A stretch of DNA of 63,836 nucleotides, counting the filler, from Folioceros fuciformis (Eukaryota), in assembly GCA_049999805.1 (NCBI GenBank). It is 9 parts of 9 records of this genome, joined end to end, with 100 filler letters (N's around TTAATTAATTAA, not from the genome) between each part and the next. Parts side by side here need not be neighbours in the genome. Positions count along the whole stretch, not along the records: positions 25,882 to 30,663 come from JBNGIO010004386.1; positions 30,764 to 38,206 come from JBNGIO010004387.1; 7 more parts are not named here. One strand, 5' to 3'. The position numbers were made by a program, and so were the translations under genes. Numbering within the stretch: position 1 is the first letter of the stretch; the number at the start of each line of letters is the position of its first letter. Shown one piece after another: positions 25,882-38,306 of the stretch. Under the pieces are notes generated by a model that was not told where the DNA came from, did no database searches, and worked only from the letters and a program-made list of their open reading frames with translations.

Positions 25882-28800
25882 AGCCTAACAATGCTTTCAA
25901 AACACCACACAGCCCTCTCTAGATCTCCATGGCTTTTGCAGGCATTCAACAAAGATGTCAAACACACCACAGCACTTTGGCCCTCACATGATAATAGCAT
26001 CCTCTCTGCCTCATCTAATCCGCCAGCACGCCCAAGAAGATCAATCATGCAGGTGTGATGCTCAACAGTAGGTATGACACCATGCTGTTCAGCCATGGAA
26101 TCAAAGAGCTTGCGACCCTCCTGGACCAGACCCGCATGACTGCATGCTACTAGAAGGCAAGTAAAAGTAGCATCGTCAGGATGAACACCGGCAGCTAACA
26201 TCTCCTCAAAACAAGATAGCGCCTTGCGACCTTCATCACAAGCGCCATACCCAGCAATCAGGGCATTCCATGTCACCACATCTTTAATGGCCATGCTGTC
26301 AAAAACCTGGCGTGCATCTTCCAGCTCACCACATTTTGCATACATGTCCACCAGGCAGGTGCCCACCACTACATTATCCAGCATTTCTCTTTCAACAATC
26401 TGTGAGTGCAGCTTCCTGCCCTTCTGCAAGGCACCACTGCTTGCACACGCCTTCAGAATGCAAGCAAAAGTAACATCATTAGCCAAAACGAGGCCTGCCT
26501 CCTCCATCCGTCCATACACAACAAGCGCCTCTTGGCCGAGTCCTTGCTGTGCATACCCAGCAATCAGGGCCGTCCACGTCACCACGTCCTTCGACGCCAT
26601 CCTGTCAAAAACATGGCGTGCATATTCAAGCTCACCACATTTTGCATACATGTCCACCAGGCAGGTTCCCACCACTACATCATCCAGCAGACCTCTCTGG
26701 ACAATTTGTGAGTGAAGCTTCCTGCCCTTCTGCAAGGCTCCAATGCTTCCACACGCCTTCAGAAGGCAAGCAAAAGTAACATCATTAGCCAAAACGAGGT
26801 CTGCCTCCTCCATCTGTCCATACACAACAAGCGCCTCTTGCCCGAGTCCTTGCTGTGCATACCCAGCGATCATGGCTGTCCATGTCACCACATCCTTCGA
26901 GGCCAAGCCATCGAAAACCTGGCGGGCATCTTCCAGCTCACCACATTTTGCATACATGTCCACCAGGCAGTTTCCCACCACTATATTATCCAGCAGTTCT
27001 CTCTTCACAATCTGCGAGTGAAGCTCCCTGCCCTTCTGCAAGGCACCAGTGCTTGCACACGCCTTCAGAAGGCAAGCAAAAGTAACACGGTCAGCCAACA
27101 CGAGGCCCGCCTCCTCCATTTGTGCATATACAATAAGCGCCTCTTGGCCGAGTCCTTGCTGTGCATACCCAGCAATCAGGGCATTCCATGTCACCACATC
27201 CTTCGAGTCCATCCTGTCAAAAACCTGGCGGGCATCTTCCAGCTCACCACATTTTGCATACATGTCCACCAGGCAGGTTCCCACCACTACATCATCCAGC
27301 AGACCTCTCTGGACAATCTGTGAGTGAAGCTCCCTGCCCTTCTGTAAGGCCCCAATGCTTGCACACGCCTTCAGAAGGCAGGCAAAAGTGACCCCGTCAC
27401 CCACCACGAGGCCCGCCTCCTCCATTTGTCCATACACAACAAGTGCCTCTTGGCCGAGTCCTTGCTGGGCATACCCAGCGATCAGGACCGTCCATGTAAC
27501 CACATCCTTCGACCCCATCCTGTCAAAAACCTGGCGTGCATATTCCAGCTCACCACATTTTGCATACATGTCCACCAGGCAGGTTCCCACCACTACATCA
27601 TCCAGCAGCCCTCTGCGGACAATCTGTGAGTGAAGCTCCCTTCCCTTCTGCAAGGCACCTGTGCTTGCACACGCCTTCAGAAGGCAAGCAAAAGTAACAA
27701 CACTAGCCAAAACGAGGCCTGCCTCCTCCATCTGTCCATACACAACAAGCGCCTCTTGGCCAAGTCCTTGCTGTGCATACCCACCGATCATGGCTGTCCA
27801 TGTCACCACATCCTTCGAGGCCATGCCGTCGAAAACCTGGCGGGCTTCTTCGAGCTCACCACATTTTGCATACATGTCCACCAGGAAGTTTCCCACCACT
27901 ACATCATCCAGCACACCTCTGTTAACAATCTGTGAGTGCAGCTCCCTGCCTTTCTGCAAGGCTCCACTGCTTCCACACGCCTTCAGAAGGCAAGCGAAAG
28001 TAACACAGTCCGCCAACACGAGGCCTGCCTGCTCCATCTGTCCATACACAACAAGGGCCTCTTGGACGAGTCCTTGCTGTGCATACCCAGCAATCAGGGC
28101 ATTCCATGTCACCACATCTTTCGTGTCCATCCCGTCGAAAACCTGGCGTGCATATTCCACCTCACCACATTTTGCATACATGTCCACCAGGCAGGTTCCC
28201 ACCACTACATTATCCAGCAGTTCTCTCTTGACAATCTGTGAGTGAAGCTCCCTGCCCTTCTGCAACGCACCAGTACTTGCACACGCCTTCAGAAGGCAAG
28301 CAAAAGTAACACGGTCAGCCACCACGAGGCCCGCCTCCTCCATTTGTCCATACACGACAAGTGCCTCTTCGCCGAGTCCTTGCTGTGCATACCCAGCGAT
28401 CAGGGAATTCCATGTCACCACATTCCTCGTGTTCATGCGATCAAAAACCTGGCGTGCATCGTTCATTCGGCCACATTTTGCATACATGTCCACCAAGCAG
28501 CTGTTAACAAACAGGTCAGTACGGAAGCCACTGCGCATCACGTCGCGGTGCACTGTTCTGCCAGATTCTAAATCGGCAGCAAATGCACAAGCTTGAAGGG
28601 CGCCTACAAAGACATAACCATTCGCCCTCACTTCTGACCTACGCATTTCATGGTACAGTTGTATGGCCTCCTTCGCCTTCCCCTGCTTAGCGTGTGCAGA
28701 GATTATGGAAAACCACATGAAGACATTCGGTTTCCCTACCCTGTTGAACACATCCATCGCCTCCTTTAACCTACCTCCACATGCATACATGCGCAAGATA

Positions 28801-29903
28801 TGGTTCCCCAAATATGCATTCGACTCGTACCCAAGTTTGATTGTGAGATCATGAACTCGTCGCCCCACCACCAAATCCTTCTTAGCTGTACAGAGTTTTA
28901 ACACTGTGTAAAACAGAGACTGAGAAACGCCAGAGTCTGACTGCACCAGAGATTCCAGGGCTCCAACCGCCTCAGAAAGCTTCCCCTGATGACATAACAT
29001 GCTCACGGTTGCAGCAGTTACGACGCCCGTTTCCAATTCTGCACGCCTGCCAGATCCACACTTATACAGAGAGCTGCACTCGAAAGAAGAGACTCCATGG
29101 CCCATTGGATGTGGAAGTGCTGGGTTTCTTACACTGCTGCCCCTGGAGCCCATTTCACCACCTGTACTCCTTCCAGGTTCAGGGTGATCTGGAGAGCTCA
29201 AGTTGGAAGCAGACCTCTGCATATCCAAGGNNNNNNNNNNNNNNNNNNNNNNNNNNNNNNNNNNNNNNNNNNNNNNNNNNNNNNNNNNNNNNNNNNNNNN
29301 NNNNNNNNNNNNNNNNNNNNNNNNNNNNNNCAGAGAGCTGCACTCGAAAGAAGAGACTCCATGACCCATTGGATGTGGAAGTGCTGGGTTTCTTACACTG
29401 CTGCCCCTGGAGCCCATTTCACCACCTCTACGCCTTCCAGGTTCAGGATTATCTGGAGAGCTCAAGTTGGAAGAAGAGGAACCGAGACCCATCTGCATAT
29501 CCAAGGAGACGAGCTGCTCATCAACCCAAGCTGGCTTAAACATGTTGTCCAACCACAGCACCTCGCCGGACCTCTTACGCCGGAAGTCAGGGGAACGGGA
29601 GCTCTTCTTGTCTCGTCTGTTATCCCACCACATGGTAGGGTCCAGAAAAAGTTGTTGCCACAAGTGCTCCTGCTGCTCCTGGCAAATACCACCATCGTCG
29701 GAAAACCCGTCCCTGCCCACACACGTTTTCGTTCTCGGAGGTGGAAGTGCTGGGCTCCTGACACTGCTGCAGCTGGAGGCTTTGTTTGCAAAGGGTTCAT
29801 TCCCCAAGCTGAGGTGAGCGGGGGTTCCGGGTAGAGTGCTTGTATACACACCAATTCCAATTTGTTGGGTCCACAACAGGTCCGGTTGCCATGCTGTGGC
29901 CAT
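25882..29903 (-). CDS. PLS-class PPR RNA-editing-factor-like protein with N-terminal PDF motif; C-terminus (E2/DYW) lost at linker
   Basis: Seven near-identical 102-aa triplets (36+35+31 aa), then P2-L2-S2-E1. Intronless open frame apart from one N gap. Confidence 0.92.
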
Positions 29904-30014
29904 CGTTCAGGGACCGCTGTCGGAATATGACTCCAACAAAAGTCTCGTCTAGGAAGATCCCCGGCCGGATACACTGTACGTATGTATGACCACACCAGCC
30001 TGAAGGGATGCACC

Positions 30015-30113
30015 GTGAGCCGTCCTGCCAGAAGGGGTGAGCCGTCCTGCCAGAAGGGGTGAGCCGTCCTGCCAGAAGGGGTGAGCCGTCCTGCCTGAAG
30101 GAGTGAGCCGTCC
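30015..30113. repeat. 22-bp tandem repeat GTGAGCCGTCCTGCCAGAAGGG, ~4.5 copies, upstream of the PPR gene
   Basis: Units start at 30015, 30037, 30059, 30081 and 30103. Confidence 0.9.
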
Positions 30114-30763
30114 TTTACTACCTGTCGGCGACCTGTCGGACTGGTGCTTTAGACCACTCTACCATGTGACGGTTATTAGGTAGTAACTTTATGTTTCAGT
30201 TTAGATAGACAAAACTGTTAATTACTTGTCAGCCTCCGTAAGGAAAACAAGATTTTCATTTAAGGCTTGTCAACGTTAAGTGCATGCCGTCCTACATACC
30301 CCAAGATATTTTGACCGAACCATGGTATCACGGTCTCTGTTTCTCATCACGCAGTTGGGTCAAGTGGTATCTTGAAGGCCGAAACGGTGACGCGGTCCTG
30401 CATGTGACTAGACGAGGAATTGCCGTTAAGTAAATGTCTAGATATGTGCCTCGCACTGCCTGGATTGTCAATGGGGTTGCTAGTTTCACCTGCTTCCTGT
30501 GAACTGCCAAGCTCTTGTGCCTGGATACTCCTCGGCATACTGGCTACCAATGTGCTTTCACCTGCACTGTACACCATCATATACATACGGCACTATTGGT
30601 AAGGAAACCGAGTTGCGGAGACCCTGCAAAGCACGTGTACAACGTGCTCATCATGAACAGTGTNNNNNNNNNNNNNNNNNNNNNNNNNNNNNNNNNNNNN
30701 NNNNNNNTTAATTAATTAANNNNNNNNNNNNNNNNNNNNNNNNNNNNNNNNNNNNNNNNNNNN

Positions 30764-30879
30764 GGAACCCCATCGCTCCTTCGTGGGAACGAAACCCAAT
30801 GTCTCAACGACAGTGGGATAAGTGTGGCCACTAAAGGTGGAACCCGTAGGCAATCGGTGCCCGGGGTTTTGCCTCCACA
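30764..30879 (+). mobile_element. 3' end (U5) of an Athila-like LTR
   Basis: Near-identical to 5907-5998 plus 6137-6175. Ends CCACA with no PBS following. Confidence 0.85.
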
Positions 30880-30884
30880 CCTTG

Positions 30885-31482
30885 CTAAGGGAAACAAAAT
30901 GGAATACAGCATGCAACAATTAGTGAAGACTGGAGAAAGAACTGAACACCCAAAGTGAGGATATGAGAAAACGTTTGCATTGCAGCATCTTGATCAAATG
31001 TGCTCCAAAACGCACACAAAACACATTATTCTGTTTGCCTTTCTAAATGAAACAAAATGTTATACAGCACGCAACAATTAGTGAAGACTGGAGAAAGAAC
31101 TGAACACCCAAAGTAAGGACGTGAAGAAAAACGTTTCTTGCAACATCCTGCTCAAATGTGCTCTAAAACGCACACAAAACACATCATTCTATATGTGTTG
31201 CTGAGGAAAATAGAATGATATATAATATGAAACAATCAGTGAAGATTGGAGAAAGAAATGGACACCCAAAGTCAGGATGTGAGAAAAACCTTTTCTTGCA
31301 GCATCCTACTCAATTGTGGTCTAAAACGCACACAAAACACGTAATTCTGTTTGTGTTGCTGAGGACAACAGAATGATATATAGCATGCAACAATCAATGA
31401 AGACTGGAGAAAGAAATAAACACCCAAAGTCAGGATGTGAGAAAAACCTTTTCTTGCAGCATCCTACTCAAATGTGCTCAAC
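30885..31482. repeat. ~158-bp tandem repeat, ~4 diverged copies
   Basis: GTGAAGACTGGAGAAAGAA..CACCCAAAGT anchor at ~30922, 31081, 31239 and 31396. Confidence 0.85.
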
Positions 31483-31654
31483 ATTGGACACATAGCATAC
31501 GGTTAGATTTGACTCACTAAGGCAAACAGTTTGGTATATGATTTGATAAGAATAGAGTGTAGTGGAGCAAACTCTACCACTATGAAAAGTGAGGTTGTGA
31601 GGTATCATGTGACATTTGAAAACGAATTGAAAAAAGCAATCTGAAACCAATGTA

Positions 31655-31963
31655 CCTGACTATTGAGATAGGAGAATCTGCTTTGGGCTGGCTTAGTTGT
31701 GGTAATTGGTTGGGCCCTTTTGTCCAAAGACGAGCAAAATTTGTCTATGCTTCTTGCTGGCTATCCATTCCCGCCACAAAATCTTGCACTCTTTCCCAAG
31801 GAATGTGGGCGATTCTAGCCTCCTTTATTTGTCCTGGAGCTGAAGAATGCTTGTACAGCAACTTTTGCCATGTGAGATGACATTCTCGAAATGAGCCAAG
31901 CCGTGGTACTTCTATCGAGAATGGACAGTTCGTTGGCAAGTCAAAATCCATGACAGGTATCAC
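31655..31963 (-). pseudogene. N-terminal exon of a SWIM zinc-finger/MULE-like protein (At4g13970/At1g60560-like), decayed
   Basis: F...HLTWQK...RIAHIPWERVQDFVAG resembles the remembered family motif F...DLxWxK...ALIPYxRVxxFxxGE. In-frame stop at 31745. Confidence 0.55.
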
Positions 31964-32279
31964 GCTTTGGTAGTAAGTAGTACGGGGCGCATCATTTGGT
32001 GGTAAGCGAGGTCAGCTAGAATCACTGCTGTCCGTCCAAGGAGCACAACTTTGGCTCCAATTTCGTGCACTGCGGTGTAAGCAAATCACGATTTGAAATT
32101 AGGGTTTTAGTAACTATGGTTTAGTTTAACCCAGCGGCAGACACAACCAATAGCCAGTGAAGCCTATATGGTATATGGTGTATGTACCATGGTCACATGT
32201 TATGTGGCAACCTTTGCAGGCACACTCGTGTAAGAAGAATGTCAGTGGGGCCCAAACCTGGCCACCTGATTTTTACGGC

Positions 32280-33190
32280 TAGCCAAACAATATTGGGCTG
32301 AAGCCCTCACAACAGCTGCCTACATACTTAATCGGATTTTGACTACTTCTGTACCTGGTAAAACTCCTTACGAGGTTTTCTGGAAGAAAAAACCAAGCCT
32401 TCTACACATGCGAGTGTTTGGCTCCATAGCGTATGCTTATGTTCCTAAACAGAAACGACGCGAGTTAGACAACAGGGCTAGGCCCCTGCAGTTTCTTGGT
32501 TATTCTGAAGTATCGAAAGCATATAAGCTATATGAGCCTTCAACCAAAAGAGTGGTACTAGCTTGGAGTGTAACTTTTGATGAACTTTCATCCCCACGTA
32601 AGAGTACAGCTAAAATTAATGGTACCAGCTTACCTATCCTGGCTGATGATGAAGACAATCCAGGGTCTGAACTGCTCACTGAAGCATCTATTCCAGCTGA
32701 ATCTGTAGCAGTTTCTCCCTCATTAGTTGTCACACCACCAACAGTTAATTACCCTGATTCTGATGGCGATTGCTCATTACCTGTTGAGGATGTTGTTTTT
32801 GATGGTGAAGAGATTGCATCAGATCCTACTTCAGATTAGGTTTTGCCTCATGATCATGATGGATAGTCGGAGGCTACTGGCTCACTTTCCGATCTTGACG
32901 AAGTTTCAGAGATTCCAGATGGTGATCTTCCTGCTGTCCAAGAAGTGGGAGCACCTCTTCATGAACCGGTCACCGTAGAATCAAGATACCCTGCACGTGA
33001 CAGATGACCTCGTGAGCAGTGGACTAAACCTCCTTACCAAGCATTAGACTTTAGGCGAGGAGCACAGACACATGTGTCTGATTTTCATTTGCCTGAAGTT
33101 CACCCTGATCCACAAACATACAGTGAAGCAATTAATGGTCCTGATGGTTCTCACTGGAGAACATCCATCAATGAAGAGTATGCATCCCTA
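32280..33190 (+). mobile_element. Ty1/Copia fragment (integrase end to RT start)
   Basis: YWAEAL..YILNR, TPYEVF..KPSLLHMRVFGS, FLGYS..KAYKLY, DPQTYSEA..W..SINEEYASL. Confidence 0.9.
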
Positions 33191-35980
33191 TGGAGTGGTT
33201 TCTTGCATCCAAGAACCACCAAAGGGCCACACTTTCCCTTATTATCGTTGCAGTCTTATGATTCGCTCCCAAGGAAGTGAACTAGTGTAAAGGAAAACCT
33301 ACAGCTATCTACTCACACTTCTACCTATCAGCCGGTCTATAGGCTTGACCACACACACACAACAAAGAGGCCAAAAGACTATCCTATCTTCAAATCAGCT
33401 CACACAACTCACACTCCAAATCTTCAGCCCTACAGCTCTTCATGTTTCCCACTTCAATCCCTCCTTCTTCACTTCAGCCCTTCACCCTTCACTTCAGCCC
33501 TTCACCCTTCACTNNNNNNNNNNCTTCAGCCCTTCACCCTTCACTTCAGCCCTTCACCCTTCACTTCAGCAACTCGCTCTCCACTTCTATGCACTTCACC
33601 CCAACTCTTCCCCTCTTTGCTTCAGCTATCCCCTGGAAATTGGGACACAACGGCTTCACTCCTTGCAACCTTCAAGCATAGTGTGGATACTAGGACTGGA
33701 TAGCCCTCCTGGCTCACGGTCCTGTCACTTCACTTCAGCCAGCCTGCAAATCATTTAGCCCTTGCGGACTCGGTCACACGCATCTTGGCAGTCTTGGGAT
33801 CCTCCACGTTCCCTTGGTGACAAGGGAAATTAGGACCTTGGTTCAGTCTGAACCGACTCAGCGCCCTAAGCCAGGAGTTCTGCACACAAGATCCAAGGAT
33901 ATCGCACCGTAGACCCCCCTTCCTCAATGGCAGGTCTGGCCTCTTATACTACCCCGGCCCAGGACCCCATCTCTATCTACTAGGTTAGCCTAGTTTACTG
34001 CCAACAATCCCTCTCTCCGACCTAGCCTACCCCTAATTATGACCTAAGCCGCCCCTAACTCTGACCTAAACCTAACCCGACCTAATAGGGGTTGTGTCCC
34101 TTGGACACCACTAGACCCCTTGGACACCACTAAACCCCTTACCAAAATTGACCAACCTCTCAAGACTACCAAAATGGTTAGTGCCTCTCAACACTCTCCT
34201 TCTTCTCTCAGAACATTCCATCGCTTCCTTTCAGAGCATCCTGCAGCCCTTCAGAGTCTCCATCTTCTTCCGATCCTTCCACCCCCCACTCCTGCTGGTC
34301 AGGAGGCCCATGGCCGGCCTAACTGCCCGTCCAGTACCCCTGAGGAGGTGACCTTGTAATCATGGCACCTGAAAATGACATCCCCCGTTGGCTTCCCCTT
34401 GGACAACAAGCCTACTCCCTCTCAGCCTACTTCCTCTCAGTCTACTCCCTCTCAGCCCCAGCAGGATCTGAAACTCGGACTCGGACCCGTATTCTCCCCT
34501 AGACACCAACCCCCGACTTTGCAATACTCCATTTGCCCCGATTCAGCACTTCTCCACCACACTATCATCGACGAGGCCCTTCACCATCACCTGCCTTCAG
34601 GCTTGGCCATAGCTGCCATCGCTAGCCAGCTTGTTGCCCCGGCATTCCTACCATCTGCCTGCCCTCCAACCTAGCCGGCCCCGTCAATTCGGCTTGCCTC
34701 CCTGCTCGGATGCTCAGTCTGTCTTGGTGATCCGGCCTCCACCCATGCACACCTTGCCTGATCCACTCCGCCTGCTGGACCCGCTCTGCTTGAGTCCGCT
34801 CCAGCCTCATTCGCGGCCGGCCCAGTGGCATCGCCTACCTGCAGCCCGGCTGCTTCGGCCATGATCCAGCTAGTTGGCCTGGCTGCTTGGACCCGCAAGC
34901 CCGCCTACCTGCTTCAACCCCTGTCGCCGACCAGCGGTCTGCCAGGATCCTCCTGTACCCCGCCTGGTCGATCTAGCCAGGTAGCTAGCCTGCATGATCT
35001 CAGCCTTGCCGCTATCCACCCTTGGACTACCTGGGATTTGTGTGCCAGCTGTTGGGCTCTACGTCGCTACCTGCCAAGCTCTCAGCAGCCAGGCGGGAGG
35101 CAGGATGGCCAGGCCAGTGGCCAGCTTGCCGACCAGCTAGGCCGCCGCAAGCTAGCCTGCTATGCCCGGCCTCGACCAGCCTACCTGCCTCCACCGAATC
35201 TAGCCACCTGCAGCCAGCCACCTGTCCACCTGGCAGCCGCAATCGCCAGCTTGCACTGTAGCCGCTATCCGATCAGCCTGCCTACTAGCTTGCCACGATC
35301 CAGCAAGCCTGCTGTCTGGGTTCGATTTGCTTGCACTAGCCTGGATGCGCTACCTCCTGCTTGCCTAGATCTGGCCGTCCCCCGCCTTGATCCACCAGCC
35401 CCCCGATCTAGCCATCTATCCACCATCGCCTCCCTAGATCCAGTACACCTGTGGCCTGGATTCTGGCTGCCTCGCCTGGCTGCCTGGCCATGCTCCAGCC
35501 AGCGCTCCAGTAGCCTGTTTGGTTGTCTACTTGCCTGTGTGCCTGACTCCTTGTAGGATTCCAGCAAGTTAGCCTGCCTCCGACCAGCGCTCGCCTTAGC
35601 CAACCACCGGATCCACCTCTTGCTGCCAACTTAGGTCCGGTCCACCTCTAGCCCGCCTAGTCCGCTCCAACACCATCCACAACCAGCCGATGGCAGCGCC
35701 TACCTGCGGCCTAGATCATGCCGAGGCCCGCCTGGCCTGGATTTCCCTCCTGACCAAGTTCCCCCGGCCAGCCAGCCAGCCACCTATCAGGCGGCCTGCG
35801 AGGCCTAGCTGCTCCTCAGCAGCTGGCCGCTACCGGCTCGGCCACCTGCCATGCCTGTCTCGTCCAAGCACCCAACTTGCTGGCCCGCCTACCTAGCTCC
35901 AGAATCGGCGAGCTAGCCAGCTCCACTGCCTAGTTCAGATCTGCCTCTGCTGATCGGTTTAGAATTCATCAAAGATGCAT
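33191..35980 (-). mobile_element. Probable LTR-element 3' end: LTR ~34193-33191, PPT 34208-34194, GC-rich non-coding interior
   Basis: TG at 33191 breaks the Copia frame. Minus strand reads GAGAGAAGAAGGAGAG then TGTTGAG. TATA-like GTATAAGA at ~33945. Confidence 0.5.
33466..33570. repeat. 20-bp tandem repeat CTTCACTTCAGCCCTTCACC
   Basis: Direct inspection; collapsed over a 10-N gap. Confidence 0.8.
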
Positions 35981-35987
35981 TTTCCTA

Positions 35988-38206
35988 TGAATCAGACGTT
36001 TACATAGCATGCGGCTGACGGTTACAACCGTTGGAGTTTTATGTTCACGTGACTATTAATATCTAGGACTATTTACGAATATATATAAATAAGTAATTAG
36101 GTTGTTTTCCTATTTAGCTATCCAGGCGGCTACCCTACACTACTCTTCGATACTTCTTTACTCCCACTTAGTCGGAGCGGTAGCCGTTTAGTCTTGAACT
36201 TCTCGAACTTGGCCCGGCCGCCAGCTACTGCTAATAGCTTGACCATCTCTCACGATGTTGCAATTCGATGCGCTGATCCTTTACATTCACAACTATGGCG
36301 GCTTTCTTAGCTACATTCAGGCGTACCACCGAGCATACTTGATAATTCTTCTCGCGTTTTACCACGCAACCATGGTGACGAAGTGGCGTCGTCACAACTC
36401 CCACTCAAGCTCCCCATCCACGATAAGTGAAGAGAGAGCTTGCCACCAGCTTCGATTGTGGCATCACCGCCTATCGAAAGCTCAAGGGTTGATTGCACCA
36501 ACTGTCGACTCGTTGCGCACTCTTCCTACAACCTCATGTTGTCCGGCCATGCGGCTAACACTACACCAGTCACATGTCTCGGATGACAGCTCTATGGTGA
36601 TGATATTCAATTCAACGCTGCAAGTTGTGAAGTGCTGAAGAATCTACGTCTTGCTTGTTTGTGCTTTCGATTGTTGAATCTTCTCCAGGTTGGTTAGTCC
36701 TAGTGCTGCTACATGCTCTTCATGCTTTGCCCTAGGCCAAGACTTGGTTAGAACGTCTGCCGTGTTTTCAGCTGTTGGCACATATTCTACCCTAATGTGC
36801 CCATCTTCTATCACTTGCCTGATGAAATGCAACTTAACGTCCATGTGCCTCGTCCTTAAATGCATAACTGGATTTTTGCTCAATGCAATAGCGGACTGAT
36901 TATCACACTTGAGTATTGTGGCCTGCTTCTGAGTATGTCCCAGGGAATCAAGCAACGCTCTCATATGCATGATCTCCTGGACCGCGCTCACGGCAGCTAT
37001 ATACTCTACTTCCGTGGATGATAGCGCAACCACACTCTGTTTCTTTGAAGCCCAGGTAAAAACACTGCCCGCAAGTTTGATGCAATATGCTGTGATTGAC
37101 CTTCTAGTATCGGTGTCCGACGCCCAATCGGAGTCTGACCACACATGCATTTCAATGATACTCTGTGATTCGCTCTGTTGTGCATAGACTAGGCCCAAAT
37201 CCGCAGTTCCTTTTAAATACCTGAGTATGCGTTTTGTTGCTACCCAGTGTGTGGGTCCTGGATTAACCAAATATTGTGAAACCAGTGACGTCGGAAAAGC
37301 TATATCGGGCCTGGTCCAATTTGCCACCCAAAGCAAACATCCCACAAGTACCCGGTATGGAACTTGCTACATCTACTTCTCTTCCTTCGGCATCTTAGGA
37401 GACTGCTCCTTATTGAGCAACGCACCTGTTGCTACAGGTGTGTTCACAGGCTTAGCCTCAGTCATATTAAACTTTTCCAGCAACCTCTGAATATAATGTC
37501 TCTGATGTATCACGATCCTACTAGGTGTCGTGAGCAGCTTAGCCTGCACTCCAAGGAAGAAAGAAGGTTGGCCGAGATCAATCATCTTAAACTCTGACTT
37601 GAGAATTTGCTTAACCTCCTCCATGACTGCTGACGACGAAGATAGTATCAAAGTGTCGTCGACGTACACCGCTAGGTATGTCACCTGATCTCCTTTTCTA
37701 TAGATGTACACGCAGCTATTAGAGGTAGATTGAACAAATCCCTTACAAAGGAGATACTTATGTAGTCTTCTGTTCCACTCTTTGGAAGATTGCTCTAGAC
37801 CATAGAGGGTTTGCAGCAGTTTGCAAACGTCTGTAGGTCGGTTTTTATCTACAAATCCCTCAGGTTGACACATGTAAACTTCCTCTTTGAGAATGCCGTT
37901 CAAGAAGGCTATCTGAACATCCATTTGGTGTACCAGAAATCCTCCCTGAGTTGCCGATGCCAAGAGGGTACGTACGGGCGACATTTTGACAACAGGTGAA
38001 AAAGTCTCGAAGTAATCGATTCCTTCTCGTTGAGTGAAGCCACGCACGACAAGCCTCGCTTTGTACCTGGCTATGCTGCCATCGAGATTTAGCTTTGTTT
38101 TGAATACCCAATGGCAAGTAATTGGCCTCCTCCTCGAGGGTAGAGGAACAAGCTGCCAGGTACGATTTTCGATGATGGATGCATATTCAGAGTTAACTGC
38201 ATCTTG
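35988..38206 (-). mobile_element. Ty1/Copia RT-RNaseH, 3' UTR, PPT and probable 3' LTR (~36160-35988)
   Basis: GIDYFETFSPV, HQMDVQIAFLNG, YVDD, TRPDI, SDSDWA, KCDNQSAI. PPT AGTGGGAG at 36168-36161. Confidence 0.9.
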
Positions 38207-38306
38207 NNNNNNNNNNNNNNNNNNNNNNNNNNNNNNNNNNNNNNNNNNNNTTAATTAATTAANNNNNNNNNNNNNNNNNNNNNNNNNNNNNNNNNNNNNN
38301 NNNNNN

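Noticed and set aside
26224-28571. Repeated plus-strand ORFs over the PPR gene
   Set aside because: Antisense shadows of the 306-bp PPR periodicity
30764-30879. Hammerhead ribozyme (contains CGAAAC)
   Set aside because: No CUGANGA core on either strand
34375-35896. Several P/A/R-rich ORFs
   Set aside because: GC-rich low-complexity TE interior with no recognisable domain
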